Positions 1-13,700 are shown, counted from the stretch's first letter. The stretch is DNA of 64,000 nucleotides from Epiperipatus broadwayi (GCA_028023455.1 JAQFVV010000010.1:1302001-1366000), one strand, 5' to 3'. Notes: generated from the letters alone by a model not told the origin. Numbers and translations are program-made.

Positions 1-1294
1 CCTCCTGCAGGATCTCTGTATACCTCAAAATGTCCCTTTGCAGATGAGGAAGAAGCTTTAGATAAAGAACTGGTGTTATAACTATCTGAGATCAGCAAAA
101 GTAATTGTACAACTCCATATGCAAAGAAACAGTGGTGTACAAAAATAGTGAAAGACCCCTTTCTTAATATCACATCCAGACAGATGTACACTAGGACTAA
201 GCCATTAATGTCAAATAGTAACAGCACTACATCAGAAAGGATGGTAAATATGAACATTTATTTTAAAGGAACTATAGGCTTTTAATATAATTGAAACTCA
301 TTTGTTTTCTGTCATACATATGACATTTTAGTGATAGGCATTTCACAAAAAAAAAAAGATTGTGTTTCTACAAAGCTTGTTAAGAGTTTGTTTTGTGAGC
401 TTTATATATAATATTTATAAACACAAGCTTATTAAATTAGGTCTTGTGACACTCTAACTTGATTTTTTTGTAATTTCACATTAACTAATTTGTATAATTT
501 TAAATTAAGAATCCTACTGTATAAGATTTGTCCCTATTTTATTTTATGTCCTTATTGAGTTTGGGTGAATCTATAAGTCTTATGTGTCTTAAATAGATAA
601 GTTAAAAGAGGTAATATAGTAACAGACTGACTTGTTATCAATATAAGATGGGGCTTTGAGAAAACCGAGAGTAATTTCTCAATTTAAATTATGTTTTTCA
701 GGCCATCTCCAAGGTAGGAATAGAACACTTGGGTGAGTAATGACAGGTAGCTAAAACAGTGCTATCCTTCATTGAACAGAGATCATTGGAAGCATCTCAT
801 GCCTCCATCTTCAATGCTAAAAAATGGATATGTACTTATTCCCTCAGTTGAAATAATGTTATATAGAAAATTAGTTTGTTAATATAAAAAAAAGAATGTG
901 TAATAAAGGGTGAAAGTGGGTTTGGCACATTTAGATTTACCAGATTTTGCTTTAAGACTTAATAAAGGTTTGGGTTCAGAAAATTAATGTCATGTATGTA
1001 TAATTGATTTTCTTATGTGATTAAAATTTAACACATGATTGTATATTAAGCTACCTTGTATTATGGTTATTTTATTTATATAAAAAGGAAACTAGAGAGT
1101 TACTTTATGCCATGGATATTCAGGTTTTAGTAAGATATTGCTTGGTGTGGCATAACTGTGCCATTAATTAAATTAACACCAGGTTCCACTGAGATTTAGA
1201 TAGTAATTCTTGCAGACCTGGTTCTAGCTCAAACATCTAGTGGCACTCTCATGTGGTTATTTGTTCTTACCATACATCAATTTGAACCACCACA
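1..1294 (+). repeat. LTR-like repeat, copy 1 (begins before the window)
   Basis: Aligns by eye along its whole length with ~2150-3365 (e.g. gcagatgaggaagaagctttagataaagaact vs gcagctgaggaaaaagctttagataaagaact). Ends ...ccaccaca and carries the subterminal tctagctcaaacatctagtggcac motif seen in the other TG...CA elements. Confidence 0.7.
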
Positions 1295-2149
1295 TAGGAT
1301 GAAGAACCATAGAAATAGAAAATGGTGTCCCTATGTAATTGACCTTGAACAATGAGAGCAGCCTGAGTGAAGGTGTAGGGAAGTAAAAAATGCTGCATTG
1401 ATGGATAGGGTAAAGGATTGAGGTAGGATCCAGGGGTGAAATGTAAATAGGGTAGAAGGAGTAAAATGCTTGTCTTTATTATATTTTTTATAATTATTTC
1501 CCTGAGAAAGGGGTAATGAGATGATAGTTTTTCATTGCATATGAAAATATAATATTTAATGTTTTTCTATTTTTTTGTATTGGAAATTTTATTTATTACT
1601 AATGAAAGTTTAAATTTAAATAATTTGTTATCTTTTAAGCAATCTAGGTTAAAAAAATTTTTTGCTAATCGAATTTGAAAATTTTAGTTTAATCAAGCCT
1701 ATAAACTGTTCTTTTTGCTAATTACTTCTTGGAATGTCGAATGTGGTGGAAAGCAAAACTAAAGTCAAGCTCTATTGTGAAGTGTTAATTAAAAATGAAA
1801 TGTTATGATTTTATGGATGATAAGTGAGATTTTAAATATAATTAAAAAAAAGACATCCAGATCTAGGATGAAAAAAATCTACAATTGATAAGATATTCAT
1901 TGACAATAATCTAAAAACACTTTATTTGTTTTTTTCTTCGAAAACACAACTTTAAAAAGCTAAGTGAAACAAAGGGGGATTCACATGAAAAGCTTAAAAA
2001 AAAAGAGCTTTTGTTCAAGATAGAAAGTCATATGGATAGTCATATATGTATAGAGTGATATAGATAGTGAAGTACGGGAGAAGGAAGAAGATTACTAAAA
2101 CTCATAATAGTGATTTAAAATAATGTTACCCCACTAGAAATGTAAATCC

Positions 2150-3365
2150 CCCCCCCAAAGAAAATCGCTAAACCTTATGATATCCCTATGCAGCTGAGGA
2201 AAAAGCTTTAGATAAAGAACTGACAGTGTTATAGCTAGACAAGGTCAACAAAAGTAATTATACAACTCCATATGAAAAGAAACAGTAATGTACAAAGGAT
2301 AGTGAGAGTCCTCTTTCTTAATATCACATCTGGATGGATCTAAACTAGGAACTGAGCCATGAATGTCAAATAGTAACAGTGCTACATCAGAAAGGATGGT
2401 AAATATGAACATTTATTTTAAAGGAACATAAAACTTTTAATATAACTGGAACTCATTTGTTTTCTGTCATACATGTAACATTTTAATGATGGACATTTCA
2501 CAAAAGAGAGCTTGTGTTTCACCTTAACCAAATTGTATAATTTTAAATTAATAACCTTGCTGTATGAGATTTATCACTATTTTGTTTTATTTCCTTATTG
2601 AGTTTGGGTGAATCTGTAAAACTTATGTATCTTAAATAGATAAATTAAAGGAGTTCAGGAAGGGAAATTGGTAATATAGAAATAGAGTGATTTGTTATTG
2701 ATTGAAGATAGAGTTAGCTAAGTTAAGATCTTATAACAGAGAGAGAGAGAGAGGAGGGCTTTGAAAAAATCAAGAGTAATTTCTCAATTTGAATTATATG
2801 TTTTCCAGGCCATCTCTAAAGTAGGGATAGAGCATTTGGTGAGTAATGACTGATACCTAGGACAATGCATACCTGTGTCTTCAATGCTAAAGAAAAAATA
2901 ATGGATGTGTATGTATGCCCTTGGTTGAAATAATGTTATATAGAGAATTACTAGTTAATAAGAAAAGAATGTGTAAGAAAATGAAGAAGGTGGATTCAGC
3001 ACATTTAGATTTATCGGATTTTGCTTTAAGACTTAATAAACATTTAGGTTAAGAAAATGAATGTTGTGTATTAATTTATTTTATATGATTAAAATTTAGC
3101 ATATGGTTGGGAAATAACTTAACCTGTATTATGGTTATTTTATTTATATAAAAAAAAACCAGAGAGTTGCTTTGGGTCATGGGTATTTGAATTCAGTAAG
3201 ATGTTGGTTGGTATGACATTATAACCATGCAATTAAATAAATTAAAACTAGGTTCCACTGGGATTTAGATAGTAACTCTTGTGGATCTTGTTCTAGCTCA
3301 AATACCTAGTAGCACCTTTGTGCACTTATTTGGTCTTCTCAGGTTTGTCAATTTGTACCAACACA
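2150..3365 (+). repeat. LTR-like repeat, copy 2 (direct repeat of 1-1294)
   Basis: Direct repeat with ~2.1 kb offset and many substitutions/indels. Ends ...ccaacaca followed by (AT)4. 5' boundary uncertain. Confidence 0.7.
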
Positions 3366-3373
3366 ATATATAT

Positions 3374-4228
3374 TGTAATGCTATTGAGCGTTCATCAAAA
3401 TTGTGCGTACAATTATAAAAATAAAATTGTCATAAACAATGCGAAGGGTTTAATAAATAAATAAATAAATAATAAATTTAAAGTAGCCATTGCAATAGTT
3501 TGAAGCCTCCCAAAGTCAAATAATAATGAACTCTATAGCATGCATAAAGAACTGTTAATGAGCGTATTTTGAAATGTCATGTATGTTAATGCTTGAGAAT
3601 ATTTTAATATTGATTTCTAGTATATATTTAAATGCCAAATATTATTTAAGGCTTGTGTTATATTCTAGTTTATTATATGAATTCAGAGTGTGTGCATGGT
3701 CATTATAGGTAATTATCATTGTCTGATTTAAATAAGTAGTTTAAAAGTGAGAACAATGAATATTTAGTCAAATAAATTATCTTTAAGCTTAATTTTGTCA
3801 GTCAATTCTTTTTATGACTAATTGAAGCAATAATTTGTCCTTAAATTCCTTTGCTGAGCTAGTTATGGATATTTGAGCACTGGATTATGGGGCTACTGTT
3901 CAAACATGTTAGTTCTCATAACTATCTGGCACCCGGGGTTTACTCTGAAACAAATAAAGTACTTGGATAGTAGGGGTTTGAACTTAGCAGTCAAGGTGAG
4001 CCACGGTCTGGAAATGTGATCATGTTATGCATTGCATAGCTTGGTCTGATTGTGGGGTATTGTTGATGGCTCTTCCATCAATGATATTATTCCCTCTGCT
4101 CAAAGAGCTGGTCCATTCATGTAATATTTATAATATGAAATTATAAATTTATGATAAATAAGGTTTGAACACAGCTAAACCTACAATTAGAGTATGCTGG
4201 ACCGTATCTTACGAATGCACCCGGCACA
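3374..4228. mobile_element. TG...CA element (probable solo LTR) inserted in an (AT)n tract
   Basis: Starts TGTAATG at 3374 after atat and ends CGGCACA at 4228 followed by (AT)8, consistent with a 4-bp ATAT duplication. No ORF. Confidence 0.55.
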
Positions 4229-4244
4229 ATATATATATATATAT

Positions 4245-5040
4245 CACATCACTAGATATTTCTGCTATAAGTTGAAATGTATACTCCTTATATATTGCAT
4301 TTGAGGTGATTTGATATTTATTTCAGATAACAGTATGCACTGGAAATATTTTCATATATATCTGTGTTTGTGAGTTTCAAAAATTAAAAGTGGCTAATGT
4401 TAATTCTGTCTTTCTTTAAGTATAGTAGACAAGTATGTTTAGGAGCAATTTAAAGATTATTGCTTATGTAGAACTTATGCTCTCTGTTTGAATTAGTTCA
4501 TGTTTCAATATTTAATGTCATTGCAACCTATAGTTCAAAGAGTTTTTTTTTAATTAGCTGATTTGAAATGCATACTCTAATACATTTATTCACAGAGACC
4601 ATAGCTGAAATTTGCTTAATATTTGAAAGTTAATACACTTATATATGCGTCAAGCATATTAATGCTTACATATTTATTAATGGTGAGAGAAATTTGAAAT
4701 CACTATTTGAAGTAATTTGATATTTATTTCAGATAACAATATGCACTGGAAATATTTTGGGGTATATCATATTTAGTATGTATAAGTGACTAAAATTATG
4801 AATTATGAAATATTTATTTTTATTTTAAAAAATTGTTTTTTTATAAAAAAGCTAAACAAAATATAAACAACTTTTTTATCACTTAAATAAAGCTTACAAT
4901 CATAACAAATCAAATCAACAATGAGCATTAATTAAAACATACCCCCATCACTAGATATTTCTGTAGTAAGTTAAGTCTTTATGTAAGAATCATATTTAGT
5001 ATATGTACATAATTACATATGTATAATAAGTCAGTAACTA
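4245..5040 (+). repeat. Local patchwork duplications
   Basis: catcactagatatttctg at ~4248 and ~4947; gatttgatatttatttcagataaca.tatgcactggaaatatttt at ~4308 and ~4715; tcatatttagtat at ~4768 and ~4991. Confidence 0.6.
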
Positions 5041-5159
5041 ACTTTTTTATTTAAAATTGTTTGACAGTTATTATTTTTATTTTAAAAACTTTTTTAAAAA
5101 AGTGGTTTATAATATAGTCTTGTTAGCTTTTTTAAAAACAAATTATTTTATCAGACCAT

Positions 5160-7129
5160 GAAGTTCCAAAAGAACACATATCAGTCATGTATACTATGTA
5201 TAAAAGATTAACAAAATTCAATAGAATTGGTGCTTAACTATTATAAGAAAAGGAAAAAGAAGAATGTTATTGGAGAGAAGTGTTGAAAAGAATTGTATTA
5301 ACAATAAAATTGTTGAGTCACCTAAAATCAGTATTTAGGGGTCATGATGAAAGCAAAGATTCAAATAGGAAAAGAAATTATTTAATCTGATTGGAATATC
5401 TAAGCAAATACAATAAGTTTTTAAAGTTAGATCTACAAAAATATGTTAACCAAGGATGAGAAAATGTAAGCTATTATCTCATATTATTTGTGATGAATTT
5501 GTAGGTGTTATTGGAAATCAAGAGTAGAAATAATTGAAGAAATCAAATTTGCAACTTATAATTATTGATTCCACTTACAATGTTTCACATGTCAATCAAG
5601 TAGCTTTTGTGATATGTTTCATCCTGTGGTAATATAATGGAAAGATTTGTGGAATTCATTCTCATAGATAAACACACATCTTCATAGATGGAACAAGAAG
5701 TTTTGTAAACTTTAATAAAATTAAGATTGAATATTAAAAACTGCCGAGGACAATTATTTCATAATGCTTTTAATATGTCAGGGAAGTACTCAGGTTTACA
5801 AGCATGTATTAAAGAACATAGCCCAAGTGTGGTTTTTATTCCATGTGCTAATTATTCCTTAAATTTAATTGGAAATTTTGCTGCAGAAAGATTTAGTGCT
5901 ACAATTGAGTCTTTTATATTTATGCAGAATTTTTTTCTATGTCAATCCATTGCTGGAAAATTTTAACCAGAAATCTAAAATGTGTTAACATTCCATCACA
6001 GTGAAAAGGATTTCTAATACAAAATGGTTAGCAAGGGCAGGTGCTGTATTAGCTATAAAACTTGGTTTCACCCCTGTAAAAGAGCATTTAACTGAAATTT
6101 GTAATTCGGAAGAAAAAAAAGTTATCATAGTGAAGGTGACTTCACTTCTGAAAAAAAATGGATAAATATGCAACTGCCCTAATGATAGTGATTTGGAATA
6201 CTATTTTACAAAGAATAAATATTACTAGTAAATCAATGGAGTGCGAAATATTGGAAAGATCTCTTAGAAAATTTCATCAATAATTTCAGAGAAGAATTTG
6301 AAAAAGAGTCAACTGATTTATCAGGGCTATCATTTAACGAGGAAGATAAATAAACTTGCATAAAACAAAAGAGAAAAATATTTTTTGATGAAACCAAAAA
6401 AATCGGATATGAATTTACCATAAGAGAAAATTTCATAGTCAATTCATTTTATGTCATATGTGATAACACCAAGGCAGAACTATCTCAAAGAACTCAGATG
6501 TATGAAGTTGTTGGAGAGCTTTTCAAATATTTTTTGATTGGAATTTATCAATATAAGGAAAAAAGAACACGATAAAAAAGTTTAAAAATATTTATAAAAA
6601 TGACTTTGATGTTTGTAATTTTGAAGATGAATTTGAGCATTTTTTAATATTTGTAAAAGAAAATGAGTACATCATAAAAACCACACCAGACATCTAACAA
6701 GCCACCAAAAAATTATCTTATACATTTCCAAATGTTGAAATATTATTGAAAATTTTAACAATTTCCATATCTAATGCATCAGGAGAAAGATCGTTTTCTG
6801 TCTTAAAATGTGCAAAAAATTATTTAAGGAGTATTATGGGAGAAGAAATATTAAATAATATGGCCATTCTGTATATAGACCAGAAAATTTTAAACCTAAT
6901 TGACACAGCAAAAATAATTGAATTTGCAAGAAATAAAGCAAGACAGAAATTCGTGTAAAAATATATTTTTTAATAAATTCATTTAATGGGTTATGGTATG
7001 AAATTTTTGATTATTTTTCTTTTTTGTTAATTTAATGAGAATTTTCTTGAAATTTTTTTTTTCTGACTTGAGTTTGAGAGCCCCAAAACTTTTACCGCTT
7101 GGGGCCCCACTTGGCTTGATCCACCTTTG
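5160..7129 (+). mobile_element. Decayed hAT-superfamily DNA transposon (ZMYM1-like transposase pseudogene) with right end
   Basis: ORF 5727-5966 GQLFHNAFNMSGKYSGLQACIKEHSPSVVFIPCANYSLNL matches the hAT GQxYDNAxNMSG...C.AHSLNL motif. ORF 6746-6958 LTISISNASGERSFSVLK..KNYLRSIM..E.LNNMAIL is the hAT C-terminal dimerisation motif. Right end cttggggcccc...gatccacctttg is hAT-like. Many stops and frameshifts. Confidence 0.9.
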
Positions 7130-7715
7130 ACAATTACCAGTTTTCCTTTTATCATAGATGCTAAATTTAAATTTCTTGGTCCATCTTAATAATCTAAAAA
7201 ACTTAGTAAAATATTCATAATATAGCTCAAAATATTGATATGCTAGAAAAAAATTGTTATCTATGAGACCAGCAATGGCAGATTGCTAACAGCAAAAAAA
7301 TATCAATAGGGAGGTGAATTATAATATGTCTTACTGCAATGGTATAAATACTTTTACAGTCAGATTGATTTATTTTAGCTACCATATCAACACCCATTTA
7401 ATCAATCCTTTTGAACTTAGGACCATTAGCTTCTAATAATGATAGCTAAATACCAATTTTGGATGGCTTAGTAGGTTGATTCTAGACTGGCTAATTAAAA
7501 AAAAAAACTAAACTTTCTTGTATCCTAAAAATATTTCCAAGCTTTGCTTAACCCAAAATCAATATCATTAATATGAGAAATAAAAATTCTAACTATTATT
7601 TTATAACATCACCATCAGTGATCAAATGTTATTGATTTAGCACAAGACTAATGTATGATCATGTGTAAATTGATCACCTCATTGAAATTTAATGTATATA
7701 TATATAGTTGTTGAT

Positions 7716-7997
7716 GAGACTTTCAAGCATCCTTCAGCTATCGACCCTATCTCATATAACTGACACACATGACCACACACATGTAAAAAAATTAATGATC
7801 TCCAATATACATATTTCATGATGAACCAGTACTTATCAGTTGGTCCAGATCATTATCTCCCACACATGAACCAACTGATGAGTGCTAGTTCAGTTTGAAA
7901 TATTTATATTGGAGATCATTTATCTTTTTCACTTGTGTAGGATTATACTATTGGTTGTATGAGATAGAATTGATAGCCGAAAGATGCTTGAAAGTCT
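7716..7997. repeat. Imperfect fold-back element with degenerate hammerhead-like cores
   Basis: Arm pairs: gactttcaagcatccttcagctatc / gatagccgaaagatgcttgaaagtc; gatctccaatatacatatttca / tgaaatatttatattggagatc; tgaaccagtacttatcagttggtcca / tgaaccaactgatgagtgctagttca. CTGATGA...GAAA at ~7876-7899. Confidence 0.75.
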
Positions 7998-8090
7998 GTA
8001 TTCAAATCCTCTACAATTACATCTAAACTACAAGTATATTAAATTATATTTGTATTCTAATATATATATATAATATTCAAATCAATATAT

Positions 8091-10356
8091 TGTAACGATC
8101 CGGAGAAAACCGCTTAACGTAAACTGCACTACGGGGCGCCATCTAGGCATTTGAACCTAGAAAAATTTATAAAGTAGGCAGATACGTGAGTCAAAAAAAA
8201 AATATATATATATTTTTTTTTTTCTTAAATTTTGATTCCGGTCGTTAGCCCATGTCACTAGCTCAGTGGAATAGCAGAGATTTAATAATATCATTTACTA
8301 GGATATAAAAGAATAAAGTAAGCCACTGCCAGTAATTCACATACAAACATTTATTTATGCACATATATATAAGGTTTAAAATTACTTTAGTGATTTACAT
8401 CTAATTTAACATTTAACATTATTTTTTTTTACTTTGATTTTACTTTAATTTACATTGCATTACTATTATATTATAAATTTACATTTTTAATCAAGTTCGC
8501 ACAGATGGAATTATATTAACCTGTTTAATATGTTGCTATAGATCGGTTACATAGATTTCAACGGTCAAAAACACCTCAAAGTAAACATAAACGATCAAAA
8601 TACAAAGTTATTGATTACTGACAATTGCAGAGGGAAATATAAGAAACCCTCTAGTATTCATCGTAAGATACCTGCATCGTCACCAATAACTTAAAAGACA
8701 TCCGAATAAATACCCTTTTAGATACTCACCGTAAGGTATCAGTATTTGTCGAATGTCTATATATTTTGATCAAATATGAAAACGCAATATATAGTTAACC
8801 GATAAACAATCCATGCAAGCGTCTATAAACAACTTAAATTTAATAGTTTTATAGGATCGAGCCTGAATATACTATATAGATTTGCATTCGAAAATAAAAT
8901 ATTCTATCCCTATTTAACCCTAGGCAACACATTTCGCAATCAACCGGCGCCAATCCATCTGATACATTCATGTATTCAATGTAGCATGATACGACAACAC
9001 AATTATATTGTCAGGAATGTACATCTGAACAATATGAAGAAAGAAAAACGACATTGACTCTCCACCCACAGGAATGTGACCTCTGTGGGCAAGTAGATCA
9101 ATAAACTAAAAACTCCATAGGAATGGGCTGCGGTCTTCTGCCGACTTACAAACCCATCCATAGGCAAACAGAGGGTGTGTGGCGTATTTTATAATCCTGC
9201 CCGTAGCGGATCTCAATGCTACACCTACTAATTACATAAATATATCCAATCCATTGAACCAATTCAACCACGAAATGAACAACCCAAGATTACCCTCCCT
9301 TAATTATCTTTACAAATCGATACAGCCATTCACGCCCGACTCAAGTTTAACATTTTTTTTATAATTTATTTAACGGAAAACAGAAATCATAACAACTTAA
9401 AGAACAAAATTAAATAAATAAATAAATAAATGGAAATGATTTTACAAATTAAATACATTAAATAAAATTATAACCAATTAATAAATATTGTTGGTCAGAT
9501 AGAATAATATTAAAATCATTTTAAATATGAAAAGTTTTTAATTTACTGTTCATAAATTTTAAAGTTCTTACGGTTATTGAAATAGTTCATCCTATTATAT
9601 TCCTGGCCGTTTAAACGTGAATTCCCACGTCGTCCGAAGATTAGTATCCGGTTGATTTATTTATTTATCCTTTTTAGATTTTGTTTTTCGTGTAGTTGGT
9701 CCTCATTGTATAAACGATGGCCCATTTTTTTCTCTTTCTTAGCAGAACTGAAGGGATTGAAGCTGTGCGTCTTTTTCAATCCCCCCAGCACTAACACCTA
9801 GCTGTTACATCGTCAATAATCAATCAATTTCCAGTCACTAGTCACTGATTAATAATTTCCAAAATTTTCCTTTTATATTAATGTGAAGGATTGAATTTAC
9901 ATTACGTCATCGATGAGATGATCCTTTTCGTTGAGGTCCGATTCCATAGAGATTTCTTCTTATTTGCTAACAGTTTTTATTGTTTTCTTATCTGACAGGT
10001 GTTTTTACATTTAAATGCCGAAGGCTGGTTTACATTTAACTAATTAACAATCATTTCCATTTCTAATTAATTACCTTGTTTTCCAAATCAAAAATATATT
10101 TAAAGACAGATTTAGAGATATAATTTTATCTCCAAATCTTTTTAAAATTTAGTTTTAAAAATACCTTTTTCTTTAATAAAAATTTTATTTTAATAATTTT
10201 TATTATCTGTGCGACTTAATATATAAGAGTTTAAGACGATATTTTAATTTCAATTTTTAATTTTTAAAGAAAGTTTTTAAATGCGAACTTTTTATTTTAA
10301 CTTGTTTAATAATTATATATAAAAAAACAATGTAACGAACGTCTGTGCTCGTTACA
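8091..10356 (-). mobile_element. Young 2.27-kb TG...CA element (long solo LTR or non-autonomous TIR element)
   Basis: 8-bp inverted termini TGTAACGA (8091) and TCGTTACA (ending 10356), flanked on both sides by ATAT. CpGs retained, unlike the flanks. No long ORF. Orientation inferred only from similarity of its 8091 end to the 3' ends of the other LTR-like repeats. Confidence 0.8.
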
Positions 10357-10380
10357 ATATATATATATATATATTATGGT

Positions 10381-10665
10381 AAAAAATCACATAAATTATA
10401 GTTATTTTATTAGAGGTACTTTTGACTATACATCTTGTAGTCTTTATCAACCACATAACATTGGATAATCAAAATGAAACTTTCTTTCACAATACCCATA
10501 GTTCAACCATCAAATGTTAAAATAACAGAATTGTGGGAGAACTAAAATAAATTGAACTATGGGTATTGTGAAAGGAAGTCTCATTTTGATTATATAGTTG
10601 ATAAAAACTACAAGATGTATAGTCAAAAGTACTTCTAATAAAAGAACTATAATTTATGTGAATTT
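10381..10665. repeat. Fold-back element made of two inverted hammerhead-bearing units
   Basis: Arms tcacataaattatagttattttattagaggtacttttgactatacatcttgtagtctttatcaac / gttgataaaaactacaagatgtatagtcaaaagtacttctaataaaagaactataatttatgtga, plus inner arms 10465-10506 / 10552-10593. Confidence 0.9.
10591..10641 (+). ncRNA. Degenerate minimal type I hammerhead ribozyme (U3:A8 core, G12>A); mirror copy on minus strand ~10408-10457
   Basis: TTGATAA-A-(G/A)ACTA-caagatgta-TAGTC-[G>A]AAA-GTAC-TT. Palindromic stem III AGTACT; flanks tatatag / ctaataa can form stem I. Confidence 0.6.
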
Positions 10666-10755
10666 TATTGTATTTTAATATATATATTGATTTGAAAATT
10701 ACATATATTTTGGAAAGAATACAGACACCAAACTTAATTTATTATATATATATAT

Positions 10756-13700
10756 TGTAGCCCTTGGATTTGACCAAGACTCCATCTTTTGAGTTAACTA
10801 TGCAAAATAAGGTTCAATAAAAATTTTCCTCATAGTTTATATAGTTTTTTTTCTTCTAATAAACAAAATTTTAGCCCAGACTAGGTTTGAACACATATTT
10901 ATAGGGATTGCGTACGTCTGACTCGGTAGGCAATCTGAAAATTTATCGTTAAAATATTTCTAACTAAAAGATTATTTTATTTTAATTTATGGGTCAATTT
11001 AGTATTAAAACTATATTTTTAGAAAAGCAAGATTTATACATCATTTGACAGTTGAGTGAAATAGAGGGATGTGTGACTTTTAAAACTATGTTAGATAGTG
11101 ATAATGCATGGTCATAATTTTATACTGATAGGCTAGAAATAAATAGTTTATGAGTTTAAATGATAAAAATATAAGTTATAATAATTAAGGATTAAAGTAT
11201 TAAATCGGTTTAATTAAAGAATTGTATACATGCGACATGTGTGTGTATTTAATCTAATTGTGGATTTAATTGGAAAGTTCACAATTAATAATCATTCCTT
11301 ATCATTTTGTAAGGAAATCTTTAAAAAAGATTTTAAGTCATTTTAACAGTTTATTATTAGCAGCCAAAAATTAGTTCAAAATACTGGGTTTGAAGCTGAG
11401 CTACAATGTATATTTTGTTTCATTATTTAATGGAAAAAGTAAAAGGGGAGAGAGAGAGGGCTTTCTGTTATTTATTTTAAAGAGAGATTTCTGTCTTTTT
11501 GTTTTACCACGGTGTTGTATTACCAAGTAAATTATCAGAGCCATTTAAATGATATAAATTTTGCCAAGGCATTTAAGTAAAATTAATTGGCAATTATATC
11601 TGTTGAATGTAGAATTGATTGGTGATTATCTGTTAAAATGCAGATTTGAATTTGGCATGGTTTTTCTAAAAGAGCAAAAGATTAAAATTTACCAGAGACA
11701 AAAAGAAACAAGATTCAATTAATTAAGAAAATAGAATGACCAGAATAAGGGTCAATACAATTTTATAGTAGGAGAAAGCAGGAGAGTAAAGAAAAAGCAG
11801 ACTATATAAAATCGCTGTTTTTAGCAGAAAGTGGCTAGTCTATTTGAAACTTCTCTGTTTGCAAGTTTTTTTTTCATTGATTTAGAGAGAAACTGTGCTA
11901 TAAAATTTAAAGAAATATTTTTCTTTAAAAAAAAAAGAAATCATTTATTATTACTCTTTTGTATCTTGAAAACAACTTTGCTAAATTTAACATTCTATTA
12001 AGAAAAGACAATGTGTATTGAATAAATTTTAAGTGGGCACACACATTTACTCTCCGGAAGTTAGCCAGTAGTCATGGTTGGATCAACAAATAGTAAAATT
12101 TAAAACCCAGAAGTTTGATATTGTATATATAAGCGTTCAATTTGAATGTAAAATGAATTCAAAGATGGAAAAAGACAATCAGAAATGGACTTATATCTTG
12201 AAAAATTTAAACGAATGCTGTTTAACTGTAATCTGCATAAAATTAAAAGTGAGGAACTCGTTTCAGCAAAATAAAAATTGTATATCTGATGGCAGAGGAA
12301 TCAAACTCCATCACAAGAACTTTTTGCTACATAGACTCATGTGCTTCTACAAACAAATTAAGGAGGAAAGGAAAAATGGAAACCAGGAACTTGGAGGACA
12401 CTTGCCAAAGAACTCTATATAAGTATAATTTTTGTTTATTATTCGCTATTTATGTAGGACATTTAATATAAAAAAATAAAGAATTTATTTCTTTATGTTT
12501 GAGTATGCATATCCATTTTAAAATTGATTCATATTATAATTATAATTGTGTTATTTTGGGGGTAGGTGATATTGATATCAGATGATTTTGTACATGTTTT
12601 TTTTAATGCTTTTGCTATCATTGTCATTTTGGGGGTAGGTGAAATTGATATCATGTCATTCTGATGTGCCTTATTTAAAAGCTTTACAAACATTTTTTTT
12701 TTTTTAAAAAAAATGAAAGATATCATTATTAAGGGGAATGTTTTGAATAAATTGTATCAGAAGTTATGGTCAAATGCTTAGACTTATAAAATTGTGTGCC
12801 TATTGAGCTAAAACATCATTTTCTTATAAAAGTGCATGGAAATAGTTTTAAAATTTTAATACGCATTTCTTATTATTTCTTATTGTTGTTATCATAAATT
12901 TAAGGTCAGATACAAGCTGATTAATGCTTGGAAAATTTATTGGCTCATATTCCAGTTCACTAATTCGACAGAATATTAAAGATATGAAAGTTTTACTTGT
13001 AGAAGTTGATTTTTCGACCTGTATGTGATATGGATAGACAAAAGTCTCCACAAATCCAGTGAAGTCTAGCTCACTAAGATATTTATGCTATATTCATAAA
13101 TTATTTGAACACAGTGGAAGATTTTTCCCACTTGATTATTCTCTACACCATAAGGTTTCTTTATTAATGGCCAGAGGCAATAGGTATACCTAAGTCTTTT
13201 TGTATGACTAGTGATAAAAATCCTAGCATATCTCAACCTTAGTGAAAAGGTTTTCTCTTATTCGGGTCACTGCCTGCCTCATGTTAATGTTTGATATTCC
13301 TTACGAGCGTATGAAAGATAGCCATGATAAGCATTATTTATAAGTGTTGGATACAAGGTCGCAAACTCAATTTGATGCCTGGATGAACGCAGATGTATGT
13401 GCGATTGGTGTACTTGAATATTGTTTTGTTTATCTAGTTTAATTTATCATTCGAGCCAAAAGTAATAAAGTTAATAAAAGTGAAATTAAGGGTTAAATAA
13501 AATTTATGAATGTTTAAGTGTAAGCAATGCGTATGTGAAATTATTTAATAAATATTTACATAGCCAGCTCAGAACTTCGCTGGAAAGGTAATGTTATTAA
13601 AATATTATTATGTCATAAGAACATGAGTATAGAGTGTGTGCACTATGATGATGATTGCCTAGATGCCGATTTATTTGCATTGACTTAATTCCACCATCCA

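Noticed and set aside
12078-12471. 114-aa ORF as a host protein or gag zinc knuckle
   Set aside because: No recognisable motif; a CFNC-like fragment in another frame lacks the H and final C.
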